Source: Malacoraja senta | Taxonomy: Eukaryota | Direction: 5' to 3' | Assembly (NCBI GenBank): GCA_038087875.1 | Contig: CM075994.1 | Span: 2,482,001-2,546,000 of the forward strand | Length of the DNA: 64,000 nucleotides | In this document: in pieces, positions 51,208 through 64,000 of the stretch | Layout of the letters: every line of letters starts with the position of its first letter | Numbering within the stretch: position 1 is the stretch's first letter | Translations under genes and position numbers: made by a program | Notes under the pieces: generated by a model | Seen by the model: only the letters and a program-made list of their open reading frames with translations | What the model was told of the DNA's origin: nothing | Database searches by the model: none

Positions 51208-51459
51208 TTCCAGCAGCCACTGGTTGTCCTTCAGGATGCACCGAGCTGCAGCCTGATCCATGACTGTCACCTGGGCGAATTCGGCACAGAGACTCTCACA
51301 GCAGCGGCGCAACGCTTTTGACGCCTCCGTCGGCCCGGGACTCTTGCACTGAGGCTGCTCCATGGCCGGAGCTGCTGCAAGCGACTCGCCAGCCCGGCAA
51401 ACACTCGCCAACCCCGGCTCCCCGTCCGCATCTGTCCCCGCCGCTGCTTCTGCTTCCAT
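51208..51459 (-). pseudogene. Isolated TDP2 (TTRAP)-like first coding exon, UBA-like N-terminal region
   Basis: MEAEAAAG...RRCCESLCAEFAQVTVMDQAAARCILKDNQWLLE followed by a phase-0 GTAAGTA donor; resembles TDP2 LCVEFASVASCDAAVAQCFLAENDWEME; GC-rich; no downstream TDP2 exons seen. Confidence 0.65.
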
Positions 51460-51499
51460 CCCTCCCTCAGCCCCGGCTCTCCAACACCCACGGACAATT

Positions 51500-51633
51500 C
51501 AATTGATATGAATTTTGAAATTGTCGTTGATCACAGAATTTCTCACGACAGAGCGTGAGAAATTTGTGATCAGCGTGAGAATTTGGTGAAATGCGTGATT
51601 CTCACGCTCAATGCGTGAGATTTGGCAGCCCTG
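51500..51633 (+). mobile_element. hAT-like element right terminus with subterminal GCGTGAGA repeats
   Basis: Ends TTGGCAGCCCTG, the inverse of the 48738 terminus; several direct and inverted gcgtgaga/tctcacg motifs. Confidence 0.6.
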
Positions 51634-53793
51634 CAAAGCAATTATTTAATCCTTCAATTCACATGGATACATTACCTTGTTCAGGCACTGTCCGCATCAC
51701 GTCAACACACAAGGGCACTCGCTCTAGTTGTCTTCATTGTCACAGATGTGGAATGGCTGAAGATTGGTAGTTTAGAGCTGGAGGCAATTTGGTTGGTTTG
51801 TCACCAAGTTTGCTGGGAACAATTTATATGAGGAAATGGGAATGCAATTCATATGATGGCTAGAACATATATTGATGTTGTACAGGGTGACACCACTGTT
51901 GGGGAAATCAGAGTCACCCAGTAATTGGTGAGGTATAGAGTTTGAAGCATGGGCCTTTATGACACATCAAGGGTTTGGAAGTGTTATTATAAGAATTATG
52001 CCCAATCATGCAGTTATATGTAGGGTTTTACTTTTAAGATCTAACGAATATTCGATTAAAATAACATTGCAATTGCTGGACCAGATATGATTAAACCCTG
52101 TTTGAGATGTGGATCTGCAGTGGAGACAGTAGGCCTCACTTTGTCTCCCTGAAGCGATTAGACACCGCAAGCTGATTTTGAATCTTTTATGTCCCTTTCA
52201 TACAGCAAAATAATTTTGAGCTGGTAAACTTGAAAAAATGTAGGTAAATCGCATTGGAAACTAATTAGACTTCCCGAGTGTACACTGCAACGATCATGTA
52301 CAGAGCATGTGTTACAGTTCCTCAGTGCAGCCACAAATACACCTTGCTCTACTTGAATCAACCCAAAGATGAGATTCTGCCAGAATCCTGCCTTTATTCT
52401 CTTCTCAATCAGCTGCTCATTCTTTTGAGCTTTGTAGGACCCACACATAGATATGAGACCAAGGTGGCAGATGTGTCTACTTTGCAAATTTGCTTCAATT
52501 AATAAACTATTTTATGTTCCTGAGGGATACAAGTTTATTCCTTCTCATGAAAGGAGTAAAAAAAGTAAATTTAAAATTACTTGCATCCTCCTTGTATTGC
52601 ACTATATTTACAAGTCCAAAATCTGGAATGTCGAATAACCATATTTGAGTGGCACAGGAATGTTTTCAAAATAAATATTTTCAGTTCTGTTAGATGTTTA
52701 TTGCCTGGAACATTGGAAAATACTGATTTTCAATCAGACCAAAGCTTAAATACTTTTGCAAGATAAAAATAAATAAGGAAAAATAGAATATATTTAGCTA
52801 GGTAGGATTAGGGCAAGGATAGTTAGAGATAGCAATAGTGAGAAAGATTAATTACAAATGGTTATTATCCTAATTTAGGGCAGGTATTTAGATGTTACGG
52901 CAATTATACTCTCTAAAGCAGAACTAAATGCCCTTTCATGATACCAAGAAAAGCAAGTCAGACCATGACGAAAGAAACATCCAAAGAAATGTCTGTATGG
53001 TTTCAAGTACAGGGCAGTTGAGGGTAATTTACTGGTGAGAAATAACTCCTGTAAACAATAATGCTTTAGTAGTCTGAACAGAGCTAACTTCCCTTTCTGA
53101 CATTAGCTCTTAAATTGTAGTGCCAGGTATTACTTACATAAGTATCTAAAATTGTATCATGTTCTAAAAGAAAGAGATTGAAATTTCAATCTTGATTTAT
53201 ACTAGATTTTTTGTTTAGAGAGTAGCTTTAACTTTATAAAGTACAACATTGTCATAGTGCTAATTCCAGGAGAGTCGAGAATGTCAATCTCCGGCCCACA
53301 GCTTAATTTATTTATTAGACACTTGATTTTAAAACACCATCATAAGCACCATCCAAAATGTTGCTTTAAAAAGTTACCTCATTACCCCACTCTAGGGTTT
53401 GAATCACCTTGTGTATGGCATCAAGTCTAAAAACAGGCTCACAACACAAACATTCATATCATTACACTTGTTCATAAGGTATAAATGACTTTAGAAGCTA
53501 CATGATTTGTTTTCTGATAAAACTGTACACACCAATTAATCCCCATTGAAGGAAGAAAAATGCTCATCTTCAACACAGTGATCTGATCCTTCAAGATATC
53601 GATGAGGAAAGAACAACTAGGTGAGGTGGCAGAGTGTGAAATAATTAAATATTTACAGATGGAGTTACCAGTGAGAGATCTCAGCTAAGAAGATGCCGAC
53701 ATGAAAATCAGTTCAAAGAAAATTTGGTTCCATCATCCATTCTCAGAATTTAACAAGATGTCCTTGGAATCGATGAGTCCTCTAAGATGTACT

Positions 53794-53872
53794 TCAATCA
53801 CTATCAGACTCATCCTGATACTTGGATTTATTGGCACGGCCATTTTGTAGAGGCATCTCTTCATAATCACTC
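53794..53872 (-). CDS. TMEM181: TMEM181 last coding exon (SDYEEMPLQNGRANKSKYQDESDSD*)
   Basis: TTTCTTTACAAG acceptor, 79 nt to TGA; acidic C-terminal tail typical of TMEM181; upstream exons presumably lie beyond the window. Confidence 0.93.
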
Positions 53873-54699
53873 CTTGTAAAGAAAATTCCAAAGTTACGAA
53901 CCAAAACACAATTTTCAAAAGATCTGGTTTAAACAATCAAGGTAGATTAATTGTACATTTTGTACGATCTCAATAAACTGTGAAATACTAGCAAATGTTA
54001 TTTTAGTAATTCAAACCCCAAACTACATTTGCCTAGAGAGATTTAGTTGCACATTTGCCATATGCAGAAATCGTTTACGCTCGACTATTCCAGACAAAAT
54101 TACAGATAATAGGCCAAATGCATGGTTCAATGTGTGCAACCTTCCTACCAAGAGCTGATAAACCAATATTGACCACTGTGCTTTTGTTGGTAGAGCTAGC
54201 TGTTGCTGAAGAAAATCCTAGTTTTATGACAATCTACAAACTACCAATCCAAATGCCAATTATTATTTAAAAAATTGACACTAAATGGCACCACTTTATT
54301 TTGCCAAAACCCATAAAAAATCTCTTGCTTCTTCTATAACAACATTTAAAAGACATTTGGACCAGTACAGGGATAGGAAACGTTTAGAGGGATATGGGGC
54401 AAATACGGGCAGGTGAGACTAGTGTAGATGGGGCATCTTTGTCGGCATGGGCAAGTTGTGCCAAAGGGCCTGTTTCCATGCTTCTGACTATGATATTATG
54501 ATTTTTTTCTTTCAATGGCTGACTTATCAAATACTATTCACCATTAATATGAAAGATCACCTTCCCAATCATTCACTGCCATCACTATGTTCAATTCTGC
54601 TAGCATACTTTAGGAAACATTGAAAATAGGTGCAGGAGGAGGCCATTCAGCCCTTCGAGGAAGGATGGTGATTAAACTAGAAACAGTGCAAAAATTATT

Positions 54700-55330
54700 C
54701 ACAAAATGTTCACAGGAGTAACTCAGCGGGTAGTATCTCTCGAGAGAAGGAATGGGTGATGTTTCAGGTCGAGACTATTGAGTCAGGGGAGAGGAAAATT
54801 AGAGATATGGAAGGGTACAAAGAGAATGTAAGGTATGAAAAGGACAGATCAAAGTAGACGATGATCAAGGAAATGTAGAATAGTTCATTGTTGGCTATGG
54901 CGAAGGTGACAACGAGCCATACAAACTAAAATTAATCAGGACAGTGAAACTAGTTGGAGAACTAGGGTGGGTGAGGGATGGAATGAGAGGGAAAACATGA
55001 AGTTAAAAAAAAAGTCAATTATCATACCGCTGGGTTGTAAGCTGCCAGAGCGAAATATAAGGTGCTGTTCCTCCAATTTGCATTTGGCCTCACTCTGACA
55101 GTGGAGGGGGCCCTGGATAGAAAGGTCAGTATGGGAATGGGAGGGGGAGTTAAAGTGTTTGGCAACCGGGAGATCGCGTGGGCCCAGGCGGACAGAGCGA
55201 AGGTGTTCAGCAAAACAATCGCCGAGTCTGTGTTTGGCCACACCGATAATATAGGAGTCAACATCTAGAACATCGGATACATTAGATGAGGTTGGAGGAG
55301 GTGCAAGTGAACCTCTGCCTCACCTGAAAT
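54700..55330 (-). mobile_element. Decayed Penelope-like element (GIY-YIG remnant and pLTR)
   Basis: AKHRLGDCFAEHLRSV...KHFNSPSHSHTDLS...LEEQHLIFR. Confidence 0.85.
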
Positions 55331-56202
55331 GACTGTGGGGATCCTGACAAGATGTTGTTGGGACTGGAGGGCTTGAAATACGAGGAGAAATTGGAGAGGC
55401 TGCGACTGTTTTCCCTGCAGCAAAGGAAGTTGTAGACCGACGTTGTTGAGGGTTATAAAATCATGAGGGGCATAGATACTCATGGTCACTATCTAGTTTA
55501 AAACTAGAGGGCATAGCTTTAAGGTGAAAGGGGAAAGGTTTAAAGGAGACCCAAGGGACACGTTTTTCCACACAGAGGATAATGGATAAATGCAATAAGC
55601 TGCGATAGCAAGACATAGAGGTGGCTACAAATATTTTAAAGACATTTGAACAGGTTCATGCCGAGAAAACATTTACAGGGATATAGGCAAGCAAATGGGG
55701 CCCGCTCAGGAAGGCTTTTTAATTGGTCTGGACAAGTTGGACATTCAACCAAGCCCACTCCAACCTCTGCAAACTTAAAATATCCACATGCTTACAAATC
55801 ATCACATGTGTTGTGCAATCCTACAAGTGTGTACACTACAATAGTGAACCTTTATCTCAGACAATACCTCAGATCAAGTGGTGCAAACAAACAAGAGCGA
55901 TGTACTTGCAGGCATTCATTTAGTTATCCCACAGGCTGATATACTTGCTCAAATACATCATCGGGAAATTTGCAAAACAATACATAGGCATGTGAAGAGT
56001 ACAAATCCTCTAGAGGATAGTAAAATGTTAAATACTTTATCAAAGATGCTAAACTGGAAATTAATAACTTTCCTCTTAGTGAGAGCTACCAAAATAAAAA
56101 CCTTTCATTACTGGATGAAATTTTCTTAGAAAACAACAGGACAATTTGTGAAAAAACAAAGCATGGTGATAAAACTGTAAATCACAGCAGCACTTCACTC
56201 AC

Positions 56203-56269
56203 CCGTAAATAACATCATCATCAGAATCATTTAACATGGAAAAGGCTGGGTTATCCTTTAGCTGGGATT
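56203..56269 (-). CDS. TMEM181: TMEM181 penultimate coding exon (ESQLKDNPAFSMLNDSDDDVIYG)
   Basis: CTTTCCTAG acceptor, 67 nt, GTGAGT donor; near-identical to the recalled vertebrate TMEM181 sequence. Confidence 0.95.
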
Positions 56270-58127
56270 CTAGGAAAGGTAAGAAAGAGCGTTTGCTGAC
56301 AATGAGAACATTTTCAGAAAATGAATAAATGTACTTCAAATTGGACAGCCAGGTTTGACAGGCTTCTCAATTGATCCCACTTCCTACAATACTTCTACAC
56401 CCCATCACAAGGTTTTAATTTCCATTATTGACGATGAAAGAAATTTTAGATGTAAAGGATGCATCATCTGTCTGCACAATCCATCCCAGACCAAGAAATG
56501 CTGTCAATGAAGGCTGGATAATGGGCTATTGACTGATTCTATTTCATTTACTTTCTAATGCTCTCTTATCAGCTGCCCACTGTCATTAGACCCTTGGATC
56601 CCCACCATTTCTGCGTGAATGATTGTGTTCTCCAAGTGGAGAAAATATCCATATCAAAGCTGCCTTTGTTTTCCATTATTTTTGATGCTCTCCTCCTGTA
56701 ATTCTTTTTATTTACATTCTTTGGCAATTTACTTGCAACCTTCTCTCTTTTCCAGCTTTTGGCCTTTTATAATCAGAGAAACAAAGATCACAGAAACAAG
56801 CCTATCAGCTAACCACATTGATATAACTAACATAGCCATCTATATTAATCTCACTGACCAGCAGTTGATCTATAAACTTCTCTTCCAGGCAGTGTGTTCC
56901 AGATTCCAACCAGCCTCTGGTTAAAGAGTTCTTCCTTGGTTCCCTTCCAAACCTCTTAACTTCATTTTATGCCCTTTTTAAAGATCTCTGTTGTGGGGTA
57001 AAGTTTTGTACTATCTACTTCATCTATGCCTCTTGTAATTTTTGTGGACCACTATCAGGTTTCCCCTTCAGCCTCCTGTGTTCTAAGGAAAACTAACCCC
57101 CCCTATCCAATCTCCCCCCATAATTGAAAAGTCCCATCCCAGCCAACATCCTGAGGAATCTCCTTTGCATCCTCTCTAACGTAATCATGTTGTTCTTATA
57201 ACGTGGAGACCAGAATGATGCATATTATCCTAGCCCTGGCCAAACCAATGTTTTATAAACTTGTATCATGCTCTTCCATCTCTAACACTCTGGGTCCAAG
57301 GTACTTTGAGCCAGAGTCAGTTATATATAATAGAAAAAAGCCCTTCGCCCCATTTTGCCTATGTCGACCAAGATCCCCCATTTATACTCGTCCCACATCC
57401 TCTAAACCTTTCCTATTCATGTACCTGTCCCAAATGTCTTTTAAATGTTGTCATAGTACCTGCCACAACTACCTTCTTTGTTAGCTTGTTCCATTTACCC
57501 ACTACCCTCCATGTGAAATCATTTTCCCTCAGGTTCCTATTAAATCATTCTCCTCTCTCCTTAAACCCACGTCCTCTGGTTCTTGATTCTCCTACTCTGG
57601 GTAACATACTCCATACATTCACCCTATCTGTTCCCCTCATTCTCTAATACACCTCAAAAAGATCACCTATCAGCCTCCTGCACTTTAAGAGATAAAGTCC
57701 TACCCTACCCAATGCTCTTCCTATAGCTCAGCTCCTCAAATCCTGGCAACATCCTCATAAATCTTCTCTGCACTCTTTCCAGCTAAACAACAGGTGACCA
57801 AAACCAAACACAATGCTCCAAATGTGGTCTCACCAACGTCTTGCATAACTGAATATGTCCTGTGCCCCTATCCTCTTTACTACATTTTATAGATTTATCT
57901 CATCTGCAAACTTTAACACAAGGCCAGGAACAGCAAAACAAACGTACAAATTGTTCTTTATCGTGCTGGTTAATCTCTATTTAGCCAACTGTTGAAAAAT
58001 GTTCTTAGTGTTTCATTTGATACACGTTGTCAGTGAGTAATCTGGTAAACCCTTAGCATTGAGTCTGTGGCGATGTTCACTCCAAGGCTACCCGAGCACA
58101 AATGAACACATTTTAAGTTACACCTAC

Positions 58128-58217
58128 CATACACAGCATTCTTCGAAGGGGAGTAAACGTATGCCAGCGTGTACAGATAGAAGTTCAGCAGGCCGTAGAA
58201 GGACAGAAATTCAGCTG
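58128..58217 (-). CDS. TMEM181: TMEM181 coding exon (SAEFLSFYGLLNFYLYTLAYVYSPSKNAVY)
   Basis: 90 nt, AC acceptor, GTAGGT donor; conserved final transmembrane segment. Confidence 0.93.
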
Positions 58218-59595
58218 GTAGTCTTCGTAAAGGAAGAGAACCCAATGCACAAAAAACTTGTTCTTCCAAACACTGAATTCTCCAACAATAACCTACTGGA
58301 TTAAAGTAATCTGATAATTGTAAATAAAAACAATTAAGCACAGGAACAGGCACTTCAGCCCACCATATCTGTGCCGAACATGATACCAAAGTAAACTACT
58401 CCCTTCTGCCCATTCGTACTCCATTTCCCTCAAATCCTTGCAGATTCATGTGCCTACTTAAAATCTTCTCAAACACAACCTGCATATCTGTTTCCACTAC
58501 CACCCGGCAGCAGATTTCAGGCACTCACCACATTGTCTAAAAAATACTTTCCCCATGCATCTCTTTTAAACTTTCCTCCTTTGACCTCAAAGCTATGCCC
58601 TCTAATCTTTGACATTTCCACCCTGGGAAAAAGGTTCTGACTCTCTACCTTATCCATGCCTCATATAAAGTTTGATTAGATCTCTCCTCACCCAAATAGC
58701 TTCCCTTTCTATCCCCTCTGTTATCAAGCTTCTGAACAGTCCTTCCATAAGCTAGGGCACTGCTCAATTCACCTCCATCCCACATTGGACTTTGTCTATG
58801 GAGAACTATATTCTGCACTCTGTATCTTCCCCTTCGCTCTTTCCATTGTACTTGATTTTGAACTGATTGCATCTATGTATGGTATATCTGATCTGTTCAG
58901 ATAGCATACAAAACACAAAGCTTTTCACTGTACCTCGGATAATAATAACCCTAAACCCCAGTCTCCAGGTACCTCAACAATTCTGTATCCTTTACTTTAT
59001 CCAATTAACATTGACATATCCCCTTCCCATTTCACTTTTCCTGTAAATCACATGCCAGGCTCACAGAGTCCATGCAGACAGGACAAAGCATAATCTCTGT
59101 ACAGGAAGGAACTGCAGATGATGGTTTACACCGAAGATAGACAAAATGCTGGAGTAACTCTGCGGGTCAGGCAGCATCACTGGAGAAAAGGAATAGCTCA
59201 CATTTCGGGTCGAAACACTTATTCAGACTTAAAGATAGATGAAAGATAGATTTGTTCTGGCTTTCTCTATCTTTCAGTCTGAAAAATAGTTCCAATCCAA
59301 AACATCACCTATTCCTTTTCTCCACATATGTTGCTTGACCCGCAGGCTAGGAAAAGAGTGGTTCTCCTTAGGGACTAAAGGGGTAATCCATTTGTGTAGA
59401 CAGGCGATGTGGGCAAGGATTAGGTAACGTTTCGTGTTGAGATCCTTCTTTAGACTGAGAGCCAGGGAAAGGGAAACTAAAGATATGAAGAGGTACAAAG
59501 AACAAATGAATGAAAGCAAGCCAAAAGGACAAATCAAAACAATCTCCTTTTTTTTACTTCTATCACACATCCAGATGAAGCACAGTGAAGGATAT
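58218..59595 (-). other. TMEM181: U12-type (minor spliceosome) AT-AC intron of TMEM181
   Basis: 5' end ATATCCTTC; branch-like TTCCTTTAC at 58227-58235; terminal AC; splicing restores HYQN-S-AEFL in frame. Confidence 0.88.
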
Positions 59596-59678
59596 AGTTC
59601 TGGTAGTGAGTGGAGAGCTCAGCCACAAAGTTATCTTGCAGGATGTTTGCTCCAAACCTCAGATATATTATGATAATG
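59596..59678 (-). CDS. TMEM181: TMEM181 internal coding exon (IIIIYLRFGANILQDNFVAELSTHYQN)
   Basis: TTTTTTCAG acceptor, 83 nt; ends at a U12-type ATATCCTT donor; matches the TMEM181 C-terminal region. Confidence 0.9.
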
Positions 59679-61074
59679 CTGAAAAAACAAACAGATTTAA
59701 GCCAAAACTTTACCTTTTGTATTGTGATAAACAACAAAGAAATTGAGAGAAAACACTAAATTATGTTAACACTAAATTAACTCTAAGTTACTGAGAAAAT
59801 ATGTGGCTGTAACGATCCCTCTTGTGGGCCAATTAACAAAGTTTTAAAGTGTTAACAATCAACAATCAGTTTTATTCGTCACATTGCACATAAAGTGCAA
59901 GTGAAATTAATTTGCCAGCAGCGGTACAATGACAAAGAACACACAAAAACACACAAAAAAATTTAACACAAACATCCACCACAGCATTCATCACTGTGGT
60001 GGAGGGCACAAAATTTGGCCAGTCCTCCTCCATTTCCCCCCGTGGTCGGGACCTTAACCCTCCGCTGCGGGCGTCCAGATGTACAGACAGGTAAAAGTCC
60101 AGGTAAGTCCAGAATCGGCTCTTCCCCACCGGAGACCGCGGCTTCAGGTTGGTGTAGGCCGCAGGCAGGCAGTCGAAGATTTAAAGTCTCCGCCGCGCCG
60201 CAGCCAGAAGCACCGCAGACCACGGGGCCGGCAGTCGAAGCTCCCCTCCAGGGGTCCCCGGCGAGGGACCCCGCTCCTGATGGTAAGTCGCCACCACACC
60301 CGCGGTAGAAGCTGGCCGCGGGCCGGCGGTGGAAGCTTCTTCATCTCCCGGGTCCCCCACAAGGGATCCCAGGCTGCAGACGCCGCGCCAGCTGGAGCTC
60401 CGCAGACCGCGACTTCAGGAGCGCTCCCGTGATGTGAAGAGTTTCAGCAAAATAATTTAAAAATCTAGTTTAGTTAGGATTTCAAAAGGAAATCGCTGGA
60501 GAAATATGGTCAGAAATCTAATACTCAACTTTTCTTTATATTAAGTAATCCATTTTGTCTCTGGTTAGATCAGTCTTGAAAATGGATGCAAAGTTTACCT
60601 GCAAATAATCACCCCAGCTCTAACCTGCCTGTCACCCTGAACTCTTACTAACATGAGTTTGAGGAAGACCACCCCATCTTCTGACTGCGCACACTGCAGC
60701 TTTCCTCACTCAATACCAAATTCTACACCGTTGGACTACTCCCTTTCTCCATCCGTATGTGTACTTTACTTTAGTACTTTAGAGATACAGCACGGAAATA
60801 GGCCCTTTGGCCCACCGAGTCCGTGGCAACTAGCGATCACCCCATACACCAATCTACACACAATTTGGGACAATTTAACAACTTTCCGAAGCTAATTAAC
60901 CTACAAACCTGTACTCCTTTGAAGTGTGGGAGGAAACCGGATCACCTGGAGAAAAACCTCAACCAAGGATGGAGTAAATGGAGTCTTTCCCGTTATTGTA
61001 AGTGGAGTCTCATTAGACAAGTGTACTAAGTCAGACATCATTTACAGTAATTAGAAAACCATACAACACCAACA

Positions 61075-63530
61075 CCTGTGACTGCAGCCTATATTCCTCC
61101 TGATGCTAATGCCAAGCTTGCAATGAAAGATCTGCATACTGCCATTAGCAAACAACAGACTCACAACCCCGAGGCAGCCTTCATTGTTGCGGGTGACTTC
61201 AATCACTCCAACCTGAAGACTGTACTCCCCAAATTCCACCAACATTTCTCCTTCGCCACTAGAGAAGACAAGACACTGGACAAAGTCCACACCAACATGG
61301 CTGAAGCTTACAAAGCCGTCCCCCTCCCCCACCTTGGACAGTCTGATCACCTCTCATTGTTCCTGCTCCCAAAGTACTCCCCACTCATCAGACGGGTTAA
61401 ACCCACTGTGAGGACAGTTAAAGTCTGGTCAGAGGAGGCGGACTCCACACTTCAGCAGTGTTTTGGAAACACTGACTGGAAGGCGTTTGCAGCCCAGGCC
61501 ACCCTTGACTCCCACACGGACATTGACTCCTATACATCCTCTGTTCTGGACTTTTATAAACGCCACCATCAACAGTGTCACCTCCCTCAAACGGGTGACC
61601 ATATTCCCGAATCAGAAGCCATGGATGGACAGCGAGGTCAGGCTACTGCTGAAAGCACGGGACACCGCTTTCAGGTCAGGCGATGCCCGAGCCTATAGTT
61701 CATCCAGGGCTAACCTGAAGAAGGGCATAAAGAAGGCCAAGCACTGCCATAAGCTCAGGATTGAGGAGCACTTCAACAACAACTCCGACCCCCGACGCAT
61801 GTGGCAAGGCATCCAGGCCATCACGGACTTTAGACCCAACACCACCCCCACATCCAGCAATACCTCCTTCCTCGAGGAGCTTAACCACTTCTATGGCCGC
61901 TTCGATAGGGACAATTGGCAGTTGGCCATCAAGGCGGTGCTCCCTGCTGATCACCAGCCCCTCTCACTCACCCCCTACGACGTGTACGTGGCACTGAGTA
62001 GGACTAATGCACGTAAGGCTGCTGGCCCCGCCGGCATCCCCGGGCGCGTCCTCAGGGCCTGTGCTGCGCAGCTGACAGACGTCTGGACTGACATCTTCAA
62101 CCTGTCACTTGCCCAAGCAGTTGTGCCCACGTGCCTTAAATCCACCTCCATCGTGCCGGTGCCAAAACACTCCACTGCGGCAAGCCTCAACGACTTCCGC
62201 CCAGTTGCACTTACTCCCATCATCGCCAAGTGCTTCGAGAGGCTGGTCCTGGCACACCTCAAAGGCTGCCTACCCCCCACATTGGATTCCTATCAGTTTG
62301 CCTACCGCAAGAACAGGAATACGGAGGATGCCATCTCAACGGCACTTCACTCCGCCCTCTCCCACCTCGACAACAGAGACACTTACGTAAGAATGCTGTT
62401 CATCGATTACAGCTCAGCATTCAACACCATCATACCCTCTAAACTGATCACCAAACTCGGTGACCTGGGCATCGACCCCTCCCTCTGCTGGATACTGGAC
62501 TTTCTAACCAACAGACCCCAGTCTGTTAGGTTAGACAAGCACACCTCTTCAACCCTCACCCTGAACACCGGCGTTCCACAGGGCTGTGTGCTGAGCCCCC
62601 TCCTCTACTCCTTCTTCACCTACGACTGTACACCTGTACATGGTACTAACACCATCATCAAGTATGCAGATGATACAACGGTGATTGGCCTCATCAGCAA
62701 CAACGATGAGTCGGCCTATAGGGAGGAGGTCCAGCTCCTAAGCAGCATGGTGCGCTGACAACAACCTGGTCCTTAACTCCAAGAAGACCAAGGAGCTCAT
62801 TGTAGACTTCAGGAAGTCTAGGGGCGGCACGTACACCCCCATCCACATTAACGGGACGGAGGTGGAACGTGTTTCCAGCTTCAGGTTCCTGGGGGTCAAC
62901 ATCTCCGATGACCTCTCTTGGACCCACAATACCTCAACTCTGGTCAAGAAGGCTCATCAGCGTCTTTTCTTCCTGAGGAGACTAAAGAAGGTCCATCTGT
63001 CTCCTCAGATTCTGGTGAACTTCTACCGCTGCACCATCGAGAGCATCCTTACCAACTGCATCACAGTATGGTATGGCAACTGCTCTGTCTCCGACCGGAA
63101 AGCACTGCAGAGGGTGGTGAAAATTGCCCAACGCATCACCGGTTCCTCACTCCCCACCATTGAGTCTGTCCAAAGCAAGCGTTGTCTGCGAAGGGCGCTC
63201 AGCATCGCCAAGGACTGCTCTCACCCCAACCACAGACTGTTTACCCTCCTACCATCCGGGAGGAACTACAGGTCTCTCCGTTGCCGGACCAGCAGGTCCA
63301 GGAACAGCTTCTTCCCTGCGGCTGTTACACTACTCAACACTGTACCTCGGTGACTGCCAATCACCCCCCTCCCCCCCCCCCGGACACTCCTCCCACCAGG
63401 ATTTATTAGATTTATTTATTTACTGCTCATATTTATGTCGCTCTTCTAGGGAGATGCTAACTGCATTTCGTTGTCTCTGTACTGTACACTGCACAATGAC
63501 AATAAAGTTGAATCTGAATCTGAATCTGAA
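61075..63530 (+). mobile_element. Rex1/Babar LINE, 5'-truncated, endonuclease end plus RT with few frameshifts
   Basis: AYIPP..AGDFNH..SDH endonuclease; [35 protein letters not shown]; (tgaatc)n tail. Confidence 0.93.
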
Positions 63531-64000
63531 AAGAGCAGGTGCTCCAGAGAGACCCATTGTTCTCTATTGTATTATTATTTAACAGGCTCAGCCGCAGATG
63601 CCATTTACCTTATTATTAGAACAATAAATGTTAGCCCAGTCAAAAATTTCAGGCGGAGATCTGAAATAAAAAATACAAACATAGAGTTATTTGTACAGTA
63701 TATATCAGATATATACATTGAACATAGAATAATGGCCCTTCGGTCCACAATGTTCATGCCAAATATGATGTCAAGTTAAACTAATCTCCTCTGCCTGTAA
63801 GTAATCCATATCCCACCATTCCCTGGATATCCATGTGCCTATCTAAAAGCTTCTTAAATGCCTCTGTCATATCTGCCTCCACCACTATCGCTAGCAGCGC
63901 ATGCCATGAACTGTGGGAAAAAAAACTTGCCCCACACATCTGCTTTGAACTTTGCTCCTCTCACATTACAGCTATAGATACATAGATACATAGAAAATAG

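Noticed and set aside
51208..51459. Complete functional TDP2 gene
   Set aside because: Only exon 1 is visible; it is followed by CR1 debris and no EEP catalytic-domain exons were found before the DYNLT1 3' end
59860..60432. GC-rich patch as a possible promoter or exon
   Set aside because: Ends in a Rex1-like retroposon tail and resembles other dispersed elements; lies in a TMEM181 intron

Overview
Eukaryotic genomic DNA, very probably from a cartilaginous fish (skate/ray-like), judged from HE1/V-SINE-like SINEs, abundant CR1 LINEs and Penelope elements; one 200-N gap at 2161-2360. Two host genes can be reconstructed by hand. DYNLT1 (Tctex-1) is complete on +, with 5 coding exons at 30617-45781, 113 aa and a CpG-rich promoter. 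The last four coding exons of TMEM181 lie on -, convergent with it, and one of their introns is a U12-type AT-AC minor intron. Between the two genes is an orphan TDP2-like first exon with its splice donor intact, bracketed by hAT-like inverted termini (a candidate transposon-captured exon). Most of the rest is nested mobile DNA: an L1 interrupted by a full-length DIRS tyrosine-recombinase retrotransposon (intact ITR/ICR termini and a reconstructable ATT crossover) and by a Rex1/Babar LINE; a Passport-like IR/DR Tc1; tandem non-autonomous Helitrons; a PIF/ISL2EU-like MITE; a CR1 stack in DYNLT1 intron 4; and many Penelope-derived elements carrying minimal hammerhead-ribozyme cores. Family assignments come from recalled motifs and sequences, not database searches; repeat boundaries are approximate unless a target-site duplication (TSD) or terminus is cited.
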